From Trichomonas gallinae (Eukaryota), in the NCBI GenBank assembly GCA_008369845.1, contig MRSU01000274.1, positions 1-32,618 on the forward strand: a stretch of 32,618 nt of DNA, given 5' to 3'. A program made the position numbers and the translations under genes. Positions 1 through 8,690 of the stretch are shown piece by piece. The notes under the pieces are model-generated. The model was not told the DNA's origin. It worked only from the letters and a program-made list of their open reading frames with translations, and searched no databases. Position 1 is the stretch's first letter, and each line of letters starts with the position of its first letter.

Positions 1-866
1 TTTTGTTGATCATTTGCAAAATATGTATTAAGTTGTTGTTTTAGACGATTCATTGTGCGCATGCGTTTAACTGCATATGGCTCGTCCAAATCATCTTCTG
101 CAACTTCTTCTTGCACTTTTTTAAGAATTGATTTTGGATATCTGTGAACATCGACTTGGTGTTGAAGTAGTTCCTTCTTCGTAGCGAATACAATGAATCC
201 CTGCATAACACAGTTCGGATGCTCGCATGCATAGTGTTCAGTGTGAAAATGAACTTGAATAAGTTCCAAAGAATCAAACCAGTTCTCTTTACCTAAAGAT
301 GCGCAGATATCACACTTAAAGTGGTTCTCTTGTAAGTGTTTCGTTAAAGTATTTCCATCAAATCCGATATATTTGCAGCAAGGGCATTTTGGATGCTGTT
401 TCATGTGCTGTTGCATTTCATTTTTGCTAAATAGTGGTGTTTCGCATGGTAAAAATCGTTTTGAATCGAAACAAATTTCGCATGGCTCTTTCTTATGAAG
501 TTTTCTTGTATGTCCTTTAAGAGTCTGAAAGTTCGCACAAACTGCATTACATTCGGTGCAAGTAATCTTTCTAAATCCTGATACTTCCTGAATATCATCT
601 TTTGAGTCGTAATAGATATGATAAAATGTATCATGTGGTCTAGATTTCTGTACCTCGACTTCATATGACTCCAGCTCTTTCGATGTCGAGACGATTGGAT
701 CGGTCGTTACCTCTCTTTGGCAGAATGGGCATTTAGATTCATTGTAGCACATGACCATCGTCTCGTAGCACTTCAAACAGAAGTTGCTGTGATTGCACGG
801 AAGCAGTATTCTGCGCTTGATTGGCTCCCCACAGATAAGACAGTCGCCGAATCCGGAATCACTCAT
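1..866 (-). CDS. Hel2/ZNF598-like RING + C2H2 zinc-finger E3 ubiquitin ligase (3' end truncated by window edge)
   Basis: My translation from the ATG at 866 is open to base 1: MSDSGFGDCLICGEPIKRRILLPCNHSNFCLKC...CPFCQ (RING), then HPKCPCC...HLQENHFKCDIC...HFHTEHYACEHPNC...FATKKELLQHQVDVH, matching the Hel2/ZNF598 zinc-finger array. Inr-like TCATTT at 874-879. Absent from the ORF track because there is no stop inside the window. Confidence 0.85.
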   Translation of the reverse strand, partial: MSDSGFGDCLICGEPIKRRILLPCNHSNFCLKCYETMVMCYNESKCPFCQREVTTDPIVSTSKELESYEVEVQKSRPHDTFYHIYYDSKDDIQEVSGFRKITCTECNAVCANFQTLKGHTRKLHKKEPCEICFDSKRFLPCETPLFSKNEMQQHMKQHPKCPCCKYIGFDGNTLTKHLQENHFKCDICASLGKENWFDSLELIQVHFHTEHYACEHPNCVMQGFIVFATKKELLQHQVDVHRYPKSILKKVQEEVAEDDLDEPYAVKRMRTMNRLKQQLNTYFANDQQ

Positions 867-1307
867 TTTTAATAAATGATTCTTAGCCAAAATTTTTGAA
901 AATTTTCGAATAAGGTTAATTACGATTTTACAAAAATGTCATATTTCAAATAAGGTTAATATTTCATAATCTAAGATATCAATTCTACAAAATATATTCT
1001 AAAAAAAATGCTTAAAGGACAGTTTTCGAACATCCATAGTTTATATTTATAAATAAACAATCATAAAATCTATCAAAAAATTCTGTCTACACAGCTTTGA
1101 TGTTTGCACCAAAAAATGTTCATCGCAATGTTTCATAACGTAAAACAAATGAGCATATGAAAATGACCAAATCTATAAATTCCATATCACATAGATAGGA
1201 ACGTGTTGAGGGTTTTTTTTTTCATTGCTTATTTGACGATGCACACGTCCTGTATTTTTGCGTAAATGTTGCATCAGTAGAAACTGATATTTTTTTAAAA
1301 TTTCTTC

Positions 1308-1326
1308 ATATATATATATATATATA
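1308..1326. repeat. (AT)n microsatellite
   Basis: Run of about 9 AT units. Confidence 0.8.
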
Positions 1327-1378
1327 CACAACCGAAAAAAAAAAGCTTTTACGCAAAATAAAAATAACAAAACATATT

Positions 1379-2776
1379 CTAATTTTCATGATCCAAATAA
1401 GAAAGAATCCTTTCAGCAATCTCAGTAGTCGCCGAAGACATGGCATTGGCTATCTCTTCGATTCTGTCTCTGTCAATCTGCTGCACGATAAATTCTGCGG
1501 CTTCGAGCAAAATTTTGCTTCCGAAATTGCTTGAATCAATAATTTTAATTATAGAATGGCATATTACAAGAATCAATGTTTCCTGCTCTGTGTTGATTAG
1601 CTCTAAGAAGGTTGGAAGGAAAGTGTATTTGCTGATAACAGTTTCAAGAGTTTGGATTGAAGCTGTGGTCAATAAATTCGCTAAAGCTATTGATGCTTCT
1701 GTTTGTACCTCAAGGAGCCCGTTGTTCAACAAAAAGACAATCATTTCGACTACTCCTTGAGATATCAAAAACTCATGATTGCTTTCGAAGCTGAAATAAA
1801 TTGCAAGAATTCGACAAGAAATTGATTGCAGGCTTGGATCAATTTTGTCTTGGTGTGTATCAAGATGTGGTCTGAGATTGTTGAGTAGATGAAGTAAATC
1901 GAAATATTCTGGCATTTCCGCACAAATAAAATAAATTAAATCTAATGATGATCTAACTATGTCTAAATCTGAATATCTAATATATGTCATAATCTTATTA
2001 TTATACTCAGTCACTGAAATAATAGGAGTCAAAACTTGAGCATCATTCGAAGCAATTACAGCTAAACCTCGAAGACATTGTATTAATAGCGAAGGAACTT
2101 CATCTTTGACGATCCATGACATATACACGTTAATCAATTGCTGTGTTAGTTCATCTGTAAAAAATGTCGGACTATTATAATATAGACGAGTGAGGTTTGC
2201 TAAGCAGCAAGTTTCAACTGTTTTGTATATGTCATTCTCCCAATACTGTGTTAACTCAGAATATTTGGTTTCTAATTGGAATAATGTTTCAACAAGTCCA
2301 TTTTCTAGGAAAAATGATGTAATGTTTGGATTTGAAAATAGAATTGAGTCTATACATTGCATTGCTTTTTGTAAAACTACGCGTTCTGTAGCTTCTTTTA
2401 GAATTTTAAAGATGTCTTCAAAAATATCATGCGGAACTAGCTGTAAAAACATCGGATCTTTGCAATATTTCGTAAATATCGTGTTTAATGTATCAATTAA
2501 GTCTGAAATTCGTACATCATCGATATTCGTTAAAAATATTTTGTGAATTCCGGCATAAAATTGAGTGTTTATCAATATTGGAAATGTTGTATCATCACTA
2601 TTCTCTATAATTTCGATCAGATTCTCGTTATTTTTGTTGAAATCTTCGGAATCTTCTGCAAGTGACTGTGCAAAGGATTCCACAACATTTACAACATCCT
2701 CTGGAGATATATTACATTCCTTCCGGACACCTTTTAAACAAGATGAACCAGAAAAGTCTGTTTTATATTCCGTCAT
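1379..2776 (-). CDS. ARM-repeat/importin-alpha-like helical protein
   Basis: 465-aa ORF with ARM-like segments (ISQGVVEMIVFLLNNGLLEVQTEASIALANL; FLENGLVETL). Confidence 0.7.
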   Translation of the reverse strand: MTEYKTDFSGSSCLKGVRKECNISPEDVVNVVESFAQSLAEDSEDFNKNNENLIEIIENSDDTTFPILINTQFYAGIHKIFLTNIDDVRISDLIDTLNTIFTKYCKDPMFLQLVPHDIFEDIFKILKEATERVVLQKAMQCIDSILFSNPNITSFFLENGLVETLFQLETKYSELTQYWENDIYKTVETCCLANLTRLYYNSPTFFTDELTQQLINVYMSWIVKDEVPSLLIQCLRGLAVIASNDAQVLTPIISVTEYNNKIMTYIRYSDLDIVRSSLDLIYFICAEMPEYFDLLHLLNNLRPHLDTHQDKIDPSLQSISCRILAIYFSFESNHEFLISQGVVEMIVFLLNNGLLEVQTEASIALANLLTTASIQTLETVISKYTFLPTFLELINTEQETLILVICHSIIKIIDSSNFGSKILLEAAEFIVQQIDRDRIEEIANAMSSATTEIAERILSYLDHEN

Positions 2777-2982
2777 ATTTTTGCTCCAAAATCTTCGTCA
2801 CTTTTCATGATGATGCATATTTCAGGGGTATATATTTTAATGAAGGGGTGAATTATATTTCAAAACCTATGTCACAAAAATAAATGCATCCATATTTACT
2901 CAGGTGTCTAATATATGATTACACGAATTTCGAGATCTGATTTGCATTTAAATGTAAACAAATGTGCTTTTATTTGTCAAAA

Positions 2983-3052
2983 ACTCACTAGGTTAATGTT
3001 CGACGTCTCCTAACGTAGGTGATTAGAAATGAACTAGCCTAGTGGGTAAACA
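2983..3052 (+). ncRNA. Candidate structured ncRNA hairpin followed by ACA (H/ACA-like?)
   Basis: ACTCACTAGGTTA (2983-2995) pairs with TAGCCTAGTGGGT (3035-3047) with two G:U pairs; inner GTTC/GAAC, TCT/AGA and CCTA/TAGG stems; ACA at 3050-3052. Confidence 0.3.
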
Positions 3053-3280
3053 TGATAGTATACTATACACTCTAATAGCAAGATAGAAATTAATTCATAT
3101 TTATTCGATTTTCTTGAAGAATATTCGACGATAAAATTAACATCGTTGTTCTCACTCAAACTCTAGGATTTTGCTGGGAAGATCAGGGTCCACACCTTTA
3201 TGTAAATAATACAATATAAGATATAGATAAATAATAATATTTACAAACAAACTAAAAAAAAGATTAAAAATGGAGAAACT

Positions 3281-4042
3281 CTAATTAGCTAGTTCATTGT
3301 CAGCCGAATCTGAAAGAACACCAATGGGAGAACGAATATCGAAAGTTGCAATAATTGTTCCTGGTAAATTGAATGGTACTGTGGTATCTTCGTTCTTTTT
3401 TAGTGCCACTGGATCAGAAGTACCCCAAAGACGCCTTAGTCCTTTGCCAACAAGGAGCCAATATGTATATCCAACAGTAAGCGCGCAAATATGCGCAAAT
3501 GTAGACACATTATTAAGTGCAACATGATACGTAAGAGAAATTGCAACAGGGAGCCACTTTGTTGGTACATGAATTAAGCCAAGAAGTGACGAGTATGGAT
3601 TAGAGGATAATTGTGATTCTATTACGTTCAAAGCAAGTATAACCGATGTCATTCCTACTATTGGTCTGTAATATAAAGAAAAGCATCCTGCAATTGAGAA
3701 TAATATTATGATTCCTGAGTATGTTAAGCCTATAAGTGCGCTAAATAAGAAGATATGAACAAATAAAAAGGCCATACCTGCTCTTTTTTCGATATGTGAA
3801 AAACGTTGCCAAATAAATACGATGTTGAGTATCAAATGCTGTATTGATGAGTGTACAAAAGGAGAAGTAAACAATTTCCAGAAATTTCGGATCTCTATTT
3901 CGTATGGAATTAATGCATATTTCCAATATTCGCGATATTCGACTTTCATTTGCAGTGAAATATATACAATAACAAGAGCTGTTATTATGCATATTGTTGC
4001 AGGTTGTGGTTTATTAATTGGATTTTTCGCAATTTGTTCCAT
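3281..4042 (-). CDS. Rhomboid-family (RHBDD1/RBL-like) membrane protein, possibly inactive
   Basis: Multi-TM ORF with FWKLFTSPFVHSSIQHLILN (HxxxxHxxxN), IVGMTSVILAL at the GxSG position, VPTKWLP and STFAHICALTVG. Confidence 0.8.
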   Translation of the reverse strand: MEQIAKNPINKPQPATICIITALVIVYISLQMKVEYREYWKYALIPYEIEIRNFWKLFTSPFVHSSIQHLILNIVFIWQRFSHIEKRAGMAFLFVHIFLFSALIGLTYSGIIILFSIAGCFSLYYRPIVGMTSVILALNVIESQLSSNPYSSLLGLIHVPTKWLPVAISLTYHVALNNVSTFAHICALTVGYTYWLLVGKGLRRLWGTSDPVALKKNEDTTVPFNLPGTIIATFDIRSPIGVLSDSADNELAN

Positions 4043-4065
4043 TTCTAAAAATAGAAATTCTGATT

Positions 4066-4213
4066 TGTAAAGTGTCGAATGAAATGTAAAGCGTCAAATA
4101 TATTGTAAAGTGTCAAAATATTTGAAAAGTTTCAAAGTATTTGTAAAGTGACAAATGTTTTGTATTTTGCCAATTTTTTGTAAAGTGTCAAATGAAATGT
4201 AAAGTGACAAAAA
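4066..4213 (+). promoter_or_regulatory. Eight-copy, 19-bp-period array of TGTAAAGTGWCAAA (motif-2-like) in a divergent promoter
   Basis: Units start at 4066, 4085, 4104, 4123, 4142, 4161, 4179 and 4198; lies between ATGs at 4042(-) and 4244(+). Confidence 0.75.
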
Positions 4214-4243
4214 AATTAAAACAGACTTTTTCAAAATTAAAAT

Positions 4244-4570
4244 ATGAATCACGCAGCAGAAAGACTTGCAAATGTTGCACAAATAAGACGCTTGCTCGCG
4301 GATCTTGAAAGGTTGGGGTTATGGAAATCTACAAATATAACAGATCAAGGAACAATTGACGGAACAAAGGATGAAATCATTCGTATCTTAAATCTCGTCG
4401 AAACAGAGCTTGAAAGAGCTGGTCTTTGGGATAGAAGCATCGATACTGATGATAGTTGTTCAGATGTCGATCAGAATAGAATGAGATCACCTCCAATCAC
4501 AAACGAACAAATTTTACAACATACACAAAAAGCTCTCAAGTGCATTAATCAGAAGAAGACCCAAAAATAA
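4244..4570 (+). CDS. Hypothetical protein with internal LERxGLW repeat
   Basis: 108-aa ORF with coding-like composition; DLERLGLWK and ELERAGLWD are 35 aa apart. Confidence 0.7.
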   Translation: MNHAAERLANVAQIRRLLADLERLGLWKSTNITDQGTIDGTKDEIIRILNLVETELERAGLWDRSIDTDDSCSDVDQNRMRSPPITNEQILQHTQKALKCINQKKTQK

Positions 4571-4695
4571 TTTTCGTCAATTTTATTTTGTTATAAATAA
4601 AAATACTTTCTTAAATATTTCATTAAATACTACAGCAAAACACTACGTAACTAGAATTTATTTATAAACATACAATATATAGATAAAAACAAAGA

Positions 4696-6231
4696 TTATG
4701 AGTTTAATACATCTGAATAATGGTATTCTGCTTGTATTACATCATAATCCATAATATACTCGCCAGGCTCATAACTTTCAACCTTAGAATGTAATAATTC
4801 AGAAATAGTAGAAAATTCAGGATCATCAACTAAAGAAGTAACATTTTCCATCTGATTATCAAAGTCATCTGTTAGCAATAACTCTATATAATCCCGGAAT
4901 GTTATGGATTCAAAAGGATTTATTATTTCCAAATATTGATTTTTTTGTTTTGGGAACAGAATGAATGAATCTATGGTTTCTTCACTAGGTTTATAATCAA
5001 ATCCTACTTTCTCGGCGAGTGTATATATATTTAATAAGAAATGTACAATTTCTTTCATTAATTGAACATTATCGTACTCGAGTAACTCTAATATTTTTTG
5101 AATGTGTTCTTTTCTGAAAACAATAAGTATTAAATCCGGTTCAAATGAATGAACACCCAAAAAAGTTGCAAATAACCTAAATAACCTGCTGAGCATATCA
5201 TAATTGTTTGTACTAAAGCATATGTCAATATATCTTCTTAATATTGGCGAATAATATCCATAAAATTGCATTGTTGGTAAATATGAAAGGAAAACAGTTA
5301 ATAATTCAATGAACGTATTATTTGGCCATAACATATTGATTTCGTTCATATCTTCCTTAAAAATAGCACCATGGATGAATTCCATAATATTTGTTTGAGC
5401 AACAACTGGGCAAAACTCTGTTGCGTCATCCTGATTGAAAAACTGCATCACAATCTCCATAATAAGCCTAACATTTTCAATGTGATTCGTACAAAATTTA
5501 AGATTATCAATGAATTCAACATTTTTAAAGATAGAATGCTGTTGAGGCTCTGAGTTCTTAATATAATCCAAAATAAATGGTATTACACCTTCAATGAATA
5601 ACAATTTCTTTTCTATCATGAAAGTAAAGAAATTATCATAAAGTGATTGATCTTCAATGTCAAAATAGAAAAATGAATTAAATATCTGACACATGTACTG
5701 AAAGCATTTGTATTTTAATGCACTGAAATCTTCATCTATTGAATCAACTAATTCCATAAATTGATTATAAACATTTGATTCATAAATAATGGCGCATTGT
5801 TGTTCATGATCACTTATTATATTCGCTATAATAGAAAGAGCTATAGATATTAACTCAATATCGTTATTCGGTTTTAATATGAAATTAATGATATTAGAGA
5901 AGAAATTTTCATCGACTTGTATTGTTATGCCTTCTACAGCAGTTATATTTGATAATAAATTAAGAATAGGTCTTATATTTCGATTAAACATAATTAAATC
6001 TGAAGTTTTTCCTTGGAGAAAGAGATCAAAACATGGGAATTCGAACAATTTTGAAGCTTTACTGAAATCTGCTTTTAGTATATCATTTATTTGTCCAATA
6101 ATTAAATTTAATTCTTCATCATCCATATCTACTTGAATATTGCTTAGAAGTTCGCTAAAATAATCTTTTGGAACAGATGAAAGAGCTTTGTCATTGTTAA
6201 TATCAACATTTTCTTCATCTTTAAAATACAT
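4696..6231 (-). CDS. Hypothetical ARM-like helical protein
   Basis: 511-aa ORF; LISIALSIIANIISDH is ARM-like; Inr TCATTT at 6248-6253 (-). Confidence 0.65.
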   Translation of the reverse strand: MYFKDEENVDINNDKALSSVPKDYFSELLSNIQVDMDDEELNLIIGQINDILKADFSKASKLFEFPCFDLFLQGKTSDLIMFNRNIRPILNLLSNITAVEGITIQVDENFFSNIINFILKPNNDIELISIALSIIANIISDHEQQCAIIYESNVYNQFMELVDSIDEDFSALKYKCFQYMCQIFNSFFYFDIEDQSLYDNFFTFMIEKKLLFIEGVIPFILDYIKNSEPQQHSIFKNVEFIDNLKFCTNHIENVRLIMEIVMQFFNQDDATEFCPVVAQTNIMEFIHGAIFKEDMNEINMLWPNNTFIELLTVFLSYLPTMQFYGYYSPILRRYIDICFSTNNYDMLSRLFRLFATFLGVHSFEPDLILIVFRKEHIQKILELLEYDNVQLMKEIVHFLLNIYTLAEKVGFDYKPSEETIDSFILFPKQKNQYLEIINPFESITFRDYIELLLTDDFDNQMENVTSLVDDPEFSTISELLHSKVESYEPGEYIMDYDVIQAEYHYSDVLNS

Positions 6232-6400
6232 ATTGCATCAAAATAAAAAATGAATACCAAGTTTGTGTATATTGCTTCTACACCAGCATATATGAGTATT
6301 TAACTCATTAAGTTGAATGATTTATAAAAAGAAAAAAAAAATGAAATAATATAAGAACTTTATCAAAAAATATATATACAATTTGAACATATTACACATG

Positions 6401-6808
6401 CTATGCAGGTTTCTCTTTCTTTGCATCTTTTAACTCTTTGATTTTATTTTTCAATTCTTTCATTCTCGCAATTTTCTCTTTCATTTGAACCCATTTGTCG
6501 TATGTATATAAATCTTCTGGCCTACTGATATTGTTCTTGTTGTTTTCTGTATCTTTAAGATATTTCTGTATTTCTTCTTCTAATTTAGAGTATTCATCAC
6601 AGAGACTGCTAATTTCCTCAATCTGGCTGTCAGTAAACTCTTCTAGTTCATTTGGACGAATTTCACCATTCTTTAAAGATTCTTCGTTTTCTTTTTGCTT
6701 TGCTTGTCTTAAATATTCCTTATCAGCCTCCATAGATCTGATAGCCGCATCAAGTCTGTCAGCTATCTCGTTGACTTGCTGAGCAGGACTAAGTTCTTTC
6801 TGAGTCAT
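6401..6808 (-). CDS. Hypothetical coiled-coil protein
   Basis: 135-aa E/K-rich helical ORF. Confidence 0.7.
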   Translation of the reverse strand: MTQKELSPAQQVNEIADRLDAAIRSMEADKEYLRQAKQKENEESLKNGEIRPNELEEFTDSQIEEISSLCDEYSKLEEEIQKYLKDTENNKNNISRPEDLYTYDKWVQMKEKIARMKELKNKIKELKDAKKEKPA

Positions 6809-6820
6809 GAAAAAGACTAA

Positions 6821-6974
6821 AATAGTGTCAAAAATTTAATTTACATGTCAATAATATACATTTACACATTAAATTTAAAGTGTCAAAAGTACAATTTACT
6901 TATCGAAAATCTATATTTACATGTCAAATATCATACTGTCAAAAGTGAATTTACATGTTAAATTACGTGTCAAA
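6821..6974. promoter_or_regulatory. Cluster of TTTACRTGTCAA / AAGTGTCAA motifs upstream of the gene starting at 6808
   Basis: Copies with TG core at 6826, 6846, 6881, 6922, 6937, 6956 and 6968. Confidence 0.6.
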
Positions 6975-7184
6975 TATTCTAGACAACATCAAAAGGAGCT
7001 TTGAAACAATGTAGCTTTAATATATGCTGGAAAATGTTGATATTTTTATGATTTTATATCTCTTGAAAATAATTTCATTCCTATATATTTATCGAGTATC
7101 AAAATATTTATATTGAATTCAAAAAATAGATGGATATCTACAACAAAATGAAAGAATTTTATTATAATAATAACAAAATATAAA

Positions 7185-8258
7185 TTACTGCTTGATAGAA
7201 GTAAAATTATGAATTAACGAATCCAAGTTATCTAATTCTTGAATAAGATTGTTCTTGTCTTTATCTTCTATATTTTCAGACAAGTTCTGAAGATATTGAG
7301 CAATTTCGCCTCCAACAATCGTGTTGTGATTTCCAAAGGCTTTCTTAAATGCTCTCGGAAGTAAAACGACTGGATATTCATATTTATAAAGCATCCATAC
7401 TAATCCTTTTCCTGGATCATTCAAAATATCATGAGAAGCAGTGTACAATGCTTCATGGAAGCATACATCGCATAAGGCAGCTAAAAAGCTTGTGCTTGGG
7501 AATGTAGCGTAAATCAATGTATGAACATATTCGATGTGGCTCTGAAAAGCTTTTTCAAACAAGCCTCGGACCCAGCTACGCATGAATGAGTCATTAATTG
7601 ACTCACTTAACTCTAAAACTTGTTCTTTGGCTTCTCCGTTGTAATGTTCTATGACGGATTTATATATTACAGCAACAAAACTTTCAATTTGGAGGATAAC
7701 ATCTCGCATTACCTCTAAAATGTAGTATAGAATCCAGAATGCATCGGATTCTATCTCATTTTTGTCATATAAAATGTCGAATGGTTTTGGATTTTCAGGA
7801 TCGGGAGTTCTTGTCATTTCTCGAACAAAAATAACTATAATTTCGCCTGATATGTTTGCAAATTCCTGGCAATAATGATTTTGGTCCATTCCTTTTTTGT
7901 ATAAATAAACTTGAATGTTTCTGAGTGAGTATGGCTGCATATCTTCTTCCAAACCTGGATATCTTTGTATATCGGTTTGAATTATCTCGTGAAGTTCAGC
8001 ATTTTCTGATTGTTTTTCAAACTCGTTTTTTAATTTTTTATATTCTTCGCGTTTTTCTTGGATGATTTTAAGCCATTCATCCTCCAATATGTACGGTTTG
8101 TCGATGGTTTGGTTAACTGTTAAAATAAATTTCCAAATTGCAGATGTCAATCCTGTTTCAACGATGCCTGGGTTCTCAAATATGCGATTAATGAGTGCAG
8201 ATTTAAGTATTACTCCTTTCTGAAATATATCATAAAATAATTTCTCGCGTTCACTCAT
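7185..8258 (-). CDS. Divergent TBC-domain Rab GAP
   Basis: IQTDIQR (IxxDxxR arginine finger), HYCQ (YxQ glutamine finger) and ESDAFW motif. Confidence 0.7.
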   Translation of the reverse strand: MSEREKLFYDIFQKGVILKSALINRIFENPGIVETGLTSAIWKFILTVNQTIDKPYILEDEWLKIIQEKREEYKKLKNEFEKQSENAELHEIIQTDIQRYPGLEEDMQPYSLRNIQVYLYKKGMDQNHYCQEFANISGEIIVIFVREMTRTPDPENPKPFDILYDKNEIESDAFWILYYILEVMRDVILQIESFVAVIYKSVIEHYNGEAKEQVLELSESINDSFMRSWVRGLFEKAFQSHIEYVHTLIYATFPSTSFLAALCDVCFHEALYTASHDILNDPGKGLVWMLYKYEYPVVLLPRAFKKAFGNHNTIVGGEIAQYLQNLSENIEDKDKNNLIQELDNLDSLIHNFTSIKQ

Positions 8259-8566
8259 GATCGATAGAAAACAATATAATTATAACCCCTTAATTAATTT
8301 TTATTTGGGGGCTGACACAATTAAATTTGAATAATTAGATTAATTGGGGGTTTAGTTTATATAATTTGGGGTCTTGAGTGAATAACTTTGATAGTGATAA
8401 ATATGATATCACCTGTTCTAGTTTAATATTCATAAGTATTTTTTTTTTTATCAAATTTTATTAAAATACGTCTGTACAATTGTCTCATCTGTATATTTTG
8501 CTATCATAACTGCAAGTGGATACCAATATCTATAACATTTTTACCACCAATTACATTAATGATATA

Positions 8567-8659
8567 TTTTACATGACAAAAACATTATTTCGTGTCATAA
8601 AAAATATTACATGACAAGAATGATATTACGTGTCAGAAAATTGTTTACGTGACAAAAAG
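8567..8659 (+). promoter_or_regulatory. Five copies of TTACRTGWCA at exact 19-bp period
   Basis: TG cores at 8574, 8593, 8612, 8631 and 8650; the last core is 41 bp before ATG 8691. Confidence 0.75.
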
Positions 8660-8690
8660 ATTTTTAAAAGACGTTTAATTTATAGGAGAT

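Noticed and set aside
50..664. ORFs 50-277 and 401-664
   Set aside because: Alternative frames inside the real RING/C2H2 gene at 1-866.
2807..2940. C/D-box snoRNA (ATGATGA ... CTGA)
   Set aside because: Boxes about 130 nt apart, no terminal stem, overlaps a promoter, and no guide I can identify.
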